Assembly (NCBI GenBank): GCA_963920595.1
Contig: OY986949.1
Location: forward strand, 3,348,001 to 3,412,000
Source of the DNA: Eimeria praecox
Taxonomy: Eukaryota
DNA: 64,000 nucleotides
Direction: 5' to 3'
Under the pieces are notes generated by a model. It saw only the letters and a program-made list of their open reading frames with translations. It had not been told where the DNA came from and did not search any database. Below, piece after piece: positions 53,128 to 64,000 of the stretch (positions are counted from its first letter, which is position 1; every line of letters begins with the position of its first letter). The position numbers and the translations under genes are program-made.

Positions 53128-53410
53128 GCAGCAACTCGATATGCTGCACACTGCAGCAAGAGCAGCACTAGCACAGCTTAAAACTTTCTGTGGGGCGCCA
53201 TTCCTATCTGTGCAGCAGCAGCAGCTGCTGCAGCAGTGCATGCAGCGGCTGCAGCAGCACACTCCTGCTGCAGCACCACACCCTCAACAAACACCAGCAG
53301 CAGCAGCAGCAGCAGCAGCTAGCTGCCATGCTGCAGTAATTGCTGCTAGGGAGCTGCTGCAGGAGTGCATGCAGCAGGCAGACGTTTGGGCCGATGGCTT
53401 TAGAGGATGA
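48983..53410 (+). CDS. DnaJ/Hsp40 J-domain-containing protein with an internal J domain, 5 exons, about 940 aa
   Basis: Exons 48983-50134, 50722-50874, 51253-51414, 51667-51768, 52151-53410. The spliced J domain reads HPFYILGVNPHTATEKMITAARKKWRALLHPDKFHSQEPEMQQQANEAFKAFEEA, with an intact HPD. Confidence 0.88.
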
Positions 53411-54017
53411 GCAGCAGCAGCTGCTGCTGCTGCTGCAGCAGCAGCAGCAGGAGCAGCAGCAGCAGCAGTAGCCTGAGCCTAGTGGGCTGCTGTTCGTCGT
53501 GCTGCTATTGCTGCTGCTGCTGCTGCAGCAGCTGCAGCAGCAGCACTGCTGCAGTTAGGGTGTTTGCTGCTCCAGGTGCGAATAAGCATAGAAAAGCAGC
53601 AGCAGCACCCCACAGCAGCAGCAGCAGCAGTAGCAGTTGCTGCAGCAAGTGCTGCAGCAGCAGCTGCTGCTGCTTCTAGACTACTCTCCTGCTGCTAGAT
53701 TTGCTGCTGCAGCTGTAGCTGTCCGTACACCCTGCGCTGTGAGGAAGATGGCTGCAGCTAAACCGAGCATGCAGCAGCAGCAGCAGCAGCAGCAGCATAG
53801 CAGCAGCACAGCAGCAGCAGCAGCAGCAACAACAACAGGAACATTTTCAATAATATTATAACCTTAAATAAAACAATTGTCTTTGTTGCGTCGCTGCTGC
53901 TGCTGCAGCAGCAGCTGCTGCTGCAGCAGCAGCTGCAGCTGCTGCTGCAGAACTAGAAGCAGAGCAGCAGCACTCTGCTGCATCCTGTTTAAGTTTTTGT
54001 CTAGAAAACAGCAACAG

Positions 54018-54059
<42 letters not shown>

Positions 54060-54060
54060 A

Positions 54061-54157
54061 CTAGCCCCAAGGCAGCCAGGTGTCTAGCCTGCCTGCGCGT
54101 ACAGCAGCAGCATCAAGTTCCTCTGGCAGCAGATGTGTTGTTGCAACAACAGCAACC

Positions 54158-54191
<34 letters not shown>

Positions 54192-54283
54192 TTGTTGCTG
54201 CTGCTGCTGTTGTGGGGTGTAGCTGCTGCAATGCTGTGTCTCGATTTGTTTTATTACTTCCTAGCCTCGGTAGTATCACAGCT

Positions 54284-54317
<34 letters not shown>

Positions 54318-54463
54318 TGCTGCTGTTTATTCCCACGCTGTCTTGCTGCAGCAGCACCTCTTGCTGCTGCTGCTGCAGCTGCTGCAGCAGCAAACGCCGT
54401 TTGTTTTCTAGTGAGTCTAAAGCCAACAGCAGCGTAGCAAGTAGCCGCCGTTGACTGTTGCTG

Positions 54464-54503
<40 letters not shown>

Positions 54504-54579
54504 GGTGTGCGTGCGGCTTCCTACCTTCTGTCCCACGTTGCTGCTGCTGCCTCGATTTGGCGCTGCTGCTGCTCCCTCC

Positions 54580-54616
<37 letters not shown>

Positions 54617-54862
54617 GGTGTCGGATCAATGATAGCTCGGTTTGCTGCAGCACGCTCGACTCCCTGCAGCAGCAGCACGCAAGGAGCAGCAGCAGCAGCA
54701 GCAGCAAACAGCTGCTCGAGGCGCTGCTCTGTCTCTCCTACATAAGGAGAAGCAACAGCAGCAAGAGGCAGCAGCAGCAGCTGTAGCCCTGCTGCTTCCT
54801 TAAATAAAAACAAATGCTGCAGCAGCTGCTGCGGGCTTACACGCCAAAACTCATCATCCTCA

Positions 54863-54900
<38 letters not shown>

Positions 54901-55016
54901 GGGTGTAGCAGCAGCAGCAGCAGCAGCAGCAGGACGATCGCAGCCATACAGCAGCAGACGAGGAGGCGGCATCTCCCCCTTCTCCCCACAAAGCAGCAGC
55001 TCCATCACCTCCTTGC

Positions 55017-55057
<41 letters not shown>

Positions 55058-55222
55058 CTGCTGCTGCAGCGGCGAGAGAAGAAACTCATACGCATTTGCA
55101 TCGGCAGCAGCACACGGCCCCGCAGCTGCTGCAGCAGCTGCTGCGCTCTGCTGCTGCAGCAGAGAGGAGCAGGAGGAGGAGCTGGCAGCAGCAAACCCAT
55201 ACCCACGTACAGCAGACACCGC

Positions 55223-55258
<36 letters not shown>

Positions 55259-55328
55259 AGCTGCTGCTGCTGCTGCACTTCTTCGGGCTGCTCTAGAGTG
55301 CCTGATGAGGTGTACAGATACACCCGGC

Positions 55329-55363
<35 letters not shown>

Positions 55364-55459
55364 TGTGTCTGCTGCAGCAGCTGCTGCTGCAGACGCACAA
55401 ACTCCTCAACATTCTGAAGCAGTTGCTGACGTTCTGCTGCTGCTGCTGCTGCTGCTGGA

Positions 55460-55490
<31 letters not shown>

Positions 55491-55584
55491 CTATGCAGTG
55501 CAGCTCAATAACAGCTAACGGATATAACTTCTGCTGCTCCTTCTCATCGCCTCCTGCTGCTGCTGCTGCTGTTGCTGCTGCTGT

Positions 55585-55616
<32 letters not shown>

Positions 55617-55726
55617 ATACCTGCAGCAACCCCCCAACAACCCTGGACAGCAGCTGCTGCAGCTCCCTCCATTGCTGCAGCGACAAACCTGCAAGCCCAG
55701 CAAGACGAACCAAGAACACCTGCTGC

Positions 55727-55767
<41 letters not shown>

Positions 55768-55974
55768 GTGCTGCTGGTGCTGCTGTTGCTGTTGCTGCTG
55801 CTGCTGCTCGCATGCGCTTTTGAATGGGAGCAGCAGATTTTCTATGAGACATAGCAGCAGGGCCTCACTACCTAGAGAAAGTTGCTGCTGCCCCCCGGCT
55901 GCTGCTGTTGCTGCTGCTGCAGCAGCAGCTGCTGCTGCTGCTGCTGCTGTCCGCGCCTTACGCAAAGGCTTCCT

Positions 55975-56005
<31 letters not shown>

Positions 56006-56066
56006 TCGTAGCGCTGCAGCAGCTGACCGACTTCAAACTGAAAATAATGGAACTGACATGGGCTGC

Positions 56067-56125
<59 letters not shown>

Positions 56126-56367
56126 CAGCTAGAGGAGGGTTGAGGAAGACGAAGCCTCAGCTCAACAGCGCATCCTGCTGCTGCTTCTATCGGTTTTGCT
56201 GCTATTAGTGCTGCTTGGCTTCCTGCTGCTGCTGCTGCAGCTGCTGCTGTTGCTGCTGCTCTTCTTCTTGCTGCTGCTGCTGTTGCTGCTGCTGCTAGAC
56301 TCGGCGCCCTCTGAGCAATCCTCTCTACTGCGCGGCTCAGCTGTTCATACACTGCAGCTGCCTGCTC

Positions 56368-56427
<60 letters not shown>

Positions 56428-56542
56428 ATCATCTGCAGCTTGCTGCAGCAGCTGCAGCGAAGCTAGCACACAAGCAGCTGCCTTCGCAACACCCGACTCC
56501 TCCCCGTCTGCTGCTGCTGCTGCTGCTGTTGCTGCAGTTGTT

Positions 56543-56577
<35 letters not shown>

Positions 56578-56661
56578 TGGTGTTGCTGCTGCTGCAGATG
56601 CCTGTGCTGGCGCTGCTGCTTGAAATGCTGCAGAAGGCAACGCTTGGGCTATCATCGCCAC
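54061..56661 (-). CDS. AAA+ ATPase-like protein (CDC48/AFG2/SPATA5L1/PEX6-type D2 domain) with degenerate Walker motifs; 5' end uncertain
   Basis: 866-codon ORF with PPRLLLYG, SPYVGETEQRLEQLF..APCVLLL, QRRLLATLLLALDSL and VVATT..PEELDAAAVRAGRLD (second region of homology). Walker A GxxxxGKT and Walker B DE are absent. Confidence 0.8.
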
Positions 56662-56668
56662 ATCAATT

Positions 56669-56745
56669 AAACCCTAAACCCTAAACCCTAAACCCTAAAC
56701 CCTAAACCCTAAACCCTAAACCCTAAACCCTAAACCCTAAACCCT
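56669..56745 (+). repeat. perfect AAACCCT array immediately 5' of the AAA-like ORF
   Basis: About 11 perfect heptamers. Confidence 0.95.
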
Positions 56746-56849
56746 AGACTGTATAGTTTAAACTGAGCCAAATTAACATTTCTAACTAATTAAAGAAGAG
56801 AGACAAAGCGGAAGACCTGCATCTGCTGCTGCTGCTGCCGGAGAGAAAC

Positions 56850-56910
<61 letters not shown>

Positions 56911-57007
56911 CAGCGGCAGCAGCAACAGCAGCAAATGTGTTGAAGGTCAGCAGCAATAACTGCGTTATATACAACTACAAACAACAGTACTTCCTTTGGA
57001 AGCCACT

Positions 57008-57073
<66 letters not shown>

Positions 57074-57481
57074 CTCCCGCCAGCCCCGGGGGTTTAAAGG
57101 ACGAAGGAAGAAGACAGAAGAAAAATATATTTAGAAATATAAACAAAAATAAAATATAAATATTTTATCTTCTTTATAAACCAGCAGCAGTAGAGCGAAT
57201 AGCCGCAGCAACATCAGCAACAGCAGCAGCAGCAGCAGCAGCTGCTGCTGCTGCTGCTGTTGCTGTTGTTGTTGCTGCTGCTGCTGTTGCAGTGCTTCCG
57301 TTCTCAACACCAGCGTGTAGAGATGAAGCAGACAAGTCAACACAGCCAAGCAGCAGCTGCAGCAGCAGCAGCAGCTGCTGCTGCTGCTGCCGATCCCGCT
57401 GCTGCTGCTGCTGCTGCTGCTGCTGTCGATCCTGCTGCTGCTGCTGCTGCTCCTGCTGCTGCATCGAAGTCGGCCCCCCGC

Positions 57482-57568
57482 ATGCAGACACGCGGGAAGG
57501 GATTGAGGAAGCCTCCGGCGTACAGCAGCAGAAGCAGTCGCAGCCGCAGCCGCAGCAGCAGCAAAACT

Positions 57569-57608
<40 letters not shown>

Positions 57609-58419
57609 CGAATACGCATCCTGTATATCGGGGGAGCAGCCGCTCGTCTCCCTCATTATCTGGTGCTGTCACCTCCTACCTCTCAGCAGCAGCAACAGCA
57701 GCAACAGCAGCAACAGCAGCAACAGCAGCAACAGCAGCAACAGCAGCAACAGCAGCAGCAGCAGCAGCAGCAGGAAGCCGTTATCAAAGCCGCAGCAGCA
57801 AAGTGCAGCAGCGTGTTGCTGCTGCTGCTGTGTTTTGGAGTCAAATCGCTGAGGAGCTCTCAGAGGCACCAGGAACATGTGATGTCTGCGGGGGAGCTGA
57901 GTCGACAGAAGTAGGGGTTTAGGGTTTAGGGCTTAGGGTTTAGGGTTTAGGGTTTAGAAGGTTTAGAAGGTTTAGAAGGTTTAGAAGGTTTAGAATAGAA
58001 GGTTTAGGGTTTAGAAGGTTTAGGGTTTAGGGCTTAGGGTTTAGGGTTTAGGGTTTAGGGTTTAGAAGGTTTAGGATTTAGAAGGTTTAGAAGGTTTAGG
58101 GTTTAGGGTTTAGGGTTTAGGGTTTAGTATTGGGTAGGGTAGGGGCACGCCGTTCTCTTCAGGGTTTAGGGTTTAGATTGTGTTGTGTAGGGTTTAGGGT
58201 TTGTTGTTTAGGGTTTGTTATATGTTGTTTAGGGTTTAGGGTTTAGGGTTTAGGGTTTAGGGTTTTAGGGTTTAGGGTTTAGGGTTTAGGGTTTAGGGTT
58301 TAGGGTTTAGGGTTTAGGGTTTAGGGTTTGTGTGTTCAGACTAACGCGATTTTGTTCTGTGATGCCTGCGATGTGGCTGTACACCTCAACTGCTATGGTC
58401 TTAAGGAAGTACCTGCAGG

Positions 58420-58453
<34 letters not shown>

Positions 58454-58793
58454 TTGTTGTTGTTGCTGCTGCTGCTGCTGCTGGTGTTGTTGTTGTTGCT
58501 GCTGCTGCTGCTGGTGTTGCTGTCTTGTTGTTGCTGCTGCTGCTGTTGGTGTTGCTGTCTTGCTGTTGCTGCTGCTGCCATTGTTGCTGCTGCTGCCGCT
58601 GGCGTTGTTGTTGTTGCTGCTGCTGTTGTTGCTGTCTTGTTGCTGCTGCTGCTGCCTTTGTTGCTGCTGCTGCCTTTGTTGCTGCTGCTGCTGCTGTTGC
58701 TGCCGCTGCTGCATCAGTTGCGTCGTTTGCTGCAGCAGTTGCTGCCAACAAACGACGCCATCATGCACTACTTGCTGCTGCTGCTGTTGCTGT

Positions 58794-58835
<42 letters not shown>

Positions 58836-58984
58836 AGGTGACTGGTACTGCGATTTCTGTCTCGACGCGTTGGAGCGAGAAGCAGCAGCAGCAGAGGCAG
58901 CAGCAGCAGCAGCAGAAGCAGCAGCAGATACAGCAGCAGCAGATACAGCAGCAGCAGATGCCCCTGCGAAGCTTCCTCTAGAGG

Positions 58985-59039
<55 letters not shown>

Positions 59040-59135
59040 GAGCATGCATGCACATGAGGATGTGTCTTTGCTGTTTCCGCGCTGCTGCTTTCTCTGTCCC
59101 CGACGCTCAGGCGCTCTCATTAGGGCTTTAGAAGG

Positions 59136-59180
<45 letters not shown>

Positions 59181-59517
59181 GCTGCTGCTGCGGCTGCTGC
59201 TGCTGCGGCTGCTGTGGCTGTTGGGGTTGCAGCTGGTTGTGCTGCTCAAGAGCTGTCTAGAACTGTCTTCAGCGTGCTGCTGCTGCTGCTGCTGCTGTTG
59301 CTGCTGCTGTTGCTGCTGCTGTTGCTGCTGCTGTTGCTCGTGCTGCTGCTGCTGTTGCTGCTGCTGTTCCTGCTGCTGTTGCTGCTGCTGTTGCTCGTGC
59401 TGTTGCTGCTGCTGTTGCTCGTGCTGTTGCTGCTGTTGCTCGTGCTGCTGGTGCTGTTGCTGCTGTTGCTCGTGCTGCTGCTGCTGATGATGATGATGAT
59501 AATGTTGCTGCTGCTGT

Positions 59518-59548
<31 letters not shown>

Positions 59549-59752
59549 AGGGCCATGGGTGCATGCATCATGTGCTCTATGGGTTCCTGAAGTAGATACA
59601 GTTGCTGCTGCTGCTGCAGCAGCAGAACCGTCTTCTCCTGCTGCTGCAAAGCTATTTGCTGCTGCTGCTGCTGCTGCTGCAGCTGCATCTGCTGCAGCAC
59701 CAGCATCTTCCAGAGTTGCTTGCTGCTCTGGCGCAGCAACACCCACCAACAA

Positions 59753-59798
<46 letters not shown>

Positions 59799-60386
59799 AG
59801 CAGCAGCAGCAGCAGCAGCAGCACTAGACTGTTTGCTGCTGGTTGCAGCAGCATCAGCTCGTATCGATTTGAGGGCCTGTGCGATATTTGCTGCTGGAGC
59901 GGAGGAGTGCTGCTGCAGTGTTCTGCTGCAGGCTGCAGCAGCAAACTACATCCTATCTGCTGTAGAATGTTTTGGTGCGGACCTGATCTGTATAGTAAGC
60001 CTTGCTGCTGCTGCTGCTGCTGCTGCTGTTGATGCTGCTGTTGATGCTGCTGTTGATGCTGCTGCTGCTGCTGCTGTTGATGCTGCTGCTGCTGTTGATG
60101 CTGCTGTTGATGCTGATGCTGTTGATGCTGTTGGTGAGGGGGTTTGTGAGCGGGTTGTTTGCTGCTGCTGTTGGTGTTGAGTGTGTTGCTGCTGCTGTTG
60201 CTGCTGCTGTTGATGGTGTTGTTGTTGTTGCTGTTGCTGCTGCTGCTGTTGATGGTGTTGTTGTTGCTGTTGCTGTTGATATTGTTGCTGCTGCTGTTGC
60301 TGCTGATGTCGTTGCTGTTGCTTCTTTTGATGATGGTGCTGCTGCTGCTGTTGACGATGGTGTTTTGCTGTTGCTGCTGCTGCTGT

Positions 60387-60434
<48 letters not shown>

Positions 60435-60535
60435 AGCACAGGTTGAGAAGCTACAAGAAGGGCGTCGGGGGTCTCTGCTTATTTTATGTGCGGCGCATCA
60501 ACATCTGCATGCAAATCAAACCAAAGTAATACTGC

Positions 60536-60567
<32 letters not shown>

Positions 60568-60716
60568 TTGCTGCTGCTGGTGCAGCTGCTGCTGCTGGTG
60601 CTGGTGCTGCTGCTGTTGCTGCTGGTGCTGCTGCTGGTGCTGCTGCTGCTGCTACTGCTGTTGCTGCTGCTGCTGGTGGTGGTGCTGAGGGGGATATTAC
60701 AGTTTGCTGCTGCTGC

Positions 60717-60751
<35 letters not shown>

Positions 60752-61163
60752 AGAGAAGAGATAGAGTAGGAGAAGCATTAGCTCAGCATCCTGTGTCGCA
60801 GCTATGGCGGCTGCTGCAGCGATCCGGAGATGCACTGCAGGTTAGTGCTGCTGCTGCTGCTGTTGCTGCTGCTGTTGCTGCTGCTGCTGTTGCTGCTGCT
60901 GCTGTTGTTGTTGCTGGTGCTGCTGCTGTTGTTGCTGGCGGTGCAGATCCTGCTGTTGCTGCTGCTGATGCTGCATGCATTCCGGGCTGGCTCAGCTTGC
61001 TGCTGCTGCTGCTGCTGCTGCATTTACTGTTGCTGCTGTTGCTGCTGCTGCTGTTTGCTGCAGAAGGCGCTGGACTGTCAGCGGGAACAGACAGCGTGGG
61101 GAGCGCGAGTCAGCGCCATGCTGCTGCAGGTACCTCCTTGCTGCTGCTGCTGCTGTTGCTGCT

Positions 61164-61195
<32 letters not shown>

Positions 61196-61303
61196 GGTTG
61201 CTGCTGCTGTTGTTGTTGCTGTCTCTGCTGTGGTGGTAGGAAGCGGAACAGTCTGGGTTTGCTGTTATCATGAGAATCGCTCTATTGCTGTTGCTGCTGC
61301 TGT

Positions 61304-61335
<32 letters not shown>

Positions 61336-61339
61336 CTGT

Positions 61340-61387
<48 letters not shown>

Positions 61388-61470
61388 TGTTGCTGCTGCT
61401 GCTGCAGGAAGTGCACGAGACGCTAAAGGCAGTCGAGAGACTGTGGCGGAGGCTTCACCAACTCTGCTAG
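57482..61470 (+). CDS. PZP-domain (PHD - Zn knuckle - extended PHD) chromatin reader, BRPF/JADE/AF10/Nto1-like; 8 exons, about 517 aa
   Basis: Exons 57482-57910, 58340-58418, 58838-59134, 59551-59994, 60437-60525, 60754-60840, 61064-61129, 61408-61470. Motifs CDVC..NAILFCDACDVAVHLNCYGLKEVPAGDWYCDFC, CFLCPRRSGAL..WVHASCALWVPEV, CDIC..GVLLQC...C...LHPIC..LCAAH. Confidence 0.92.
57915..58329 (-). repeat. intronic telomere-like TTTAGGG array with TTTAGAAGG variants
   Basis: Fills intron 1 of the PZP gene almost from donor to acceptor. Confidence 0.95.
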
Positions 61471-61672
61471 CAGCAGCAGCTGCTGCTGCTGCTGCAGCAG
61501 ATGCTGCTGCTGCTGCAGCAGCAGATGCAGCAGCAGCAGATGCAGCAGCAGCAGCTGCAGCAGCAACAGATGCAGCAGCAGGATTTGATGCTGCAGCAGC
61601 AGCAGCAACAAATGCAGAAACAGCAGCAAATAGTGCCCCTGCTGATGCAAGTGCAGCAGCAGCAGCAGGCGT

Positions 61673-61706
<34 letters not shown>

Positions 61707-61887
61707 ACAGCAAATGCTGCTTCAGGCTGTCTTATGGCAGCAAGCGAAGCAGCATAAACACTACATACACAGCCGAGCTGCTGCAGCAGCACATACAGCT
61801 GGTGGTCTAGCTGCAGCAGCAGCAGGACATACAGCTGGTGGTGTAGCTGCAGCAGCAGCAGCTGAAGCAGCACATACAGCTGCTGGT

Positions 61888-61921
<34 letters not shown>

Positions 61922-62062
61922 CAGCAGCAGGATTTGCTGCTGCTGCTGCGGCTTCAGGTATTGTATGTGTGCGATATTTGTTTTTGAGGTGTACATACAC
62001 CTAAACAGGTGCAGCGAAAACCCTGCTTCCTGCTGCTGCGGTAGTCTATTCAGAAGCAGCAA

Positions 62063-62093
<31 letters not shown>

Positions 62094-62438
62094 AGCAGCA
62101 GCAGCAGTAATATCAATGCCTCCGCCGTAGCACTAACAGAAATACAAACAATAGCAGCAGCAGCAGCAGCAGCAATAGCAGCAGCAGCAACAGCAGCAAT
62201 AGCAGCAGCACGATCCAAGCAGCATCCCGTAGCCCTAGACGGCATCACTGCAGCAACAGCAGCAGCAACACCAGCAGCAAAACCACCACCACCAACACCA
62301 GCAGCAGCACCAACACCAGCAACAGCAGCAACAGCAGCAGCAGCAACAGCAGCAGCAGCAACAGCAGCAAGAATATTTACAAAGATTGCTTCTGCATTTT
62401 CTCATTGGATGATAAACATTCGATGCGCCGCAGCTGCT

Positions 62439-62490
<52 letters not shown>

Positions 62491-62909
62491 CAGCAGCAGC
62501 AGCAGCTGCAGCACAAGGAGAAGAAACCCTCTTTCGCTCTTATGAGCTATATATGGCCTCGCGTAGTTTACTTCATTATTGCTGCTGCTGCAGCTGCTGC
62601 TGCTGCTGCTGCTACTGCACGCAGCAGCTGCTGCTGCTGCTGCGGCGCATGCATGCATGTGCTGCTGCAGCAGCAGCAGCAGCAGATAACAGACGCAGCA
62701 GCAACAGCGGAGGGTTCTTCCTCTCGCTAGCTTCCTTTGGCTGTGCTGCACAGCAGCAGCAGCTGCTGCTGCAGCTGCTGCATCAGTTGCTGCTTCTGCT
62801 GCTGCTGCTGTATCATTTGCTGCTGCTGCTGCTGCTGCTGCTGCTGTATCAGTTCCTTCTGCTGCTGCTGCTGCTGCTGCTTCAGCAGCAGCAGCAGCAG
62901 CAGCAGCAA

Positions 62910-63063
62910 TTAAAGCTGCAGGGGATATCGCATATCTAAGGAGTGCGACAGCAGCTGCACCGAGGGGAGCCGCAGCAGCCGAGCAGCAGGAGCAGCAACA
63001 GCAGTTAATAAACAATGATAAGGGAGAGAAGACAGAGACATAATCGATCCCAGACGCACATCT

Positions 63064-63112
<49 letters not shown>

Positions 63113-63461
63113 AACACAAAATATACAAATATATATTATTTATACTCATGATGAGGAGGATGATGCTGTTAGGGCTGGTGGTGTTGCTGCTGTTGCTGCT
63201 GGTGGTGGTGCTGATGCTGATGCTGCTGTTAGGGCTTTTGCTGCTGCTGCTGTTGGTGCTGCTGCTGCTGTTAGTGCTGTTGCTGCTGCTGGTGATACTG
63301 CAGCACGAATCCCTGCTACACCTAAACAACAGCAGCAACAGCAGCACCAACAGCACCAACACCAGCAGCACCAACAGCAGCAACACCAGCAGCAGCACCA
63401 ACAGCAGCAACACCAGCAGCAACAGCACCAGCACCAACACCAGCAGCAGCAACAGCAGCAC

Positions 63462-63510
<49 letters not shown>

Positions 63511-63594
63511 TTACCGTAGTTGTAAGGAGCAGCAGCTGCTGTGTCTGCTGCTTCAACGGCCAACGACATCCACGGGCTTGACGCTCCCCAATGC
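62910..63594 (-). CDS. 3' exons of a hypothetical protein whose 5' part lies beyond the window
   Basis: An exon at about 63515-63594 (ALGASSPWMSLAVEAADTAAAAPYNY, donor gtaagt) joins an exon 62910-63061 (DVRLGSIMSLSSLPYHCLL...MRYPLQL*) across a CTG-rich intron. Confidence 0.5.
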
Positions 63595-63831
63595 CTGAGA
63601 TTATATAAACAATAAATAAATAAATATTATTTTATTTTATTTATTTTATTTTATTTTATTATATTTATTTTGTTTTATTTGTTTTATTTTATTTATTTAG
63701 TTTTTAGATTCATAGAAACAAAATTAGAAATAGACACAAACAAAGATAAATAAATAAATAAATAAATAAATAAAATTAAATAAATACATAAATAAATATA
63801 TAAAATTAAATAAACAAATAAATAAATAAAT

Positions 63832-63930
<99 letters not shown>

Positions 63931-64000
63931 TAAACAAACAAATAAATAAATAAATAAAATTAAATAAATAAATAAAATTAAATAAATAAATAAACAAATG

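Noticed and set aside
57131..57619. Minus-strand ORF as an upstream exon of the AAA-like gene
   Set aside because: It overlaps the PZP start codon region on the opposite strand, is repeat-derived, and has no clean splice path.
27423..61470. Functional gene cluster (SKP1, J-protein, AAA, PHD) as a proteostasis system
   Set aside because: These are unrelated housekeeping genes in mixed orientation; adjacency in a eukaryotic chromosome is not evidence of a shared pathway.
61965..62939. 324-aa plus-strand ORF between the PZP gene and the last minus-strand gene
   Set aside because: Low complexity, no ATG start and no recognisable motif; probably 3' UTR or intergenic sequence between convergent genes.
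27670..63941. Long poly-L, poly-C, poly-IY and poly-FI ORFs
   Set aside because: These are stop-free translations of CTG, AT and TTTA microsatellites in introns or antisense frames.

Overview
Eukaryotic, intron-rich DNA with the signature of an Eimeria (coccidian apicomplexan) chromosome: (CAG/CTG)n tracts, interstitial AAACCCT telomere-like arrays, TGCATGCA palindromes and AT microsatellites. I cannot assign the species. There are three zones. (1) 1-15983 is a gene-free, C/A-skewed satellite block: a 1250-bp tandem repeat, then a related 535/856-bp repeat organised as a 6846-bp (11-monomer) higher-order repeat. (2) About 16000-27000 is comparatively repeat-poor and holds a small signal-peptide/TM ORF, decayed Ty3/gypsy remains (one flanked by a diverged direct-repeat pair) and the RNA polymerase III subunit RPC6/C34 gene. 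(3) 27400-64000 is repeat-rich. By hand I could splice SKP1, a helical-repeat (HPR/RAP-like) protein, an LPCAT-type acyltransferase, a J-domain protein, a degenerate AAA ATPase, a PZP (PHD-knuckle-PHD) chromatin reader and the 3' end of an unknown gene. Most ORFs in the supplied track are repeat artefacts. I found no clear new multi-gene system. The best leads are the higher-order satellite, four GC-AG introns among about 44, strand-biased and self-complementary intron repeats, and a pseudo-ATPase whose P-loop is interrupted by a repeat expansion.
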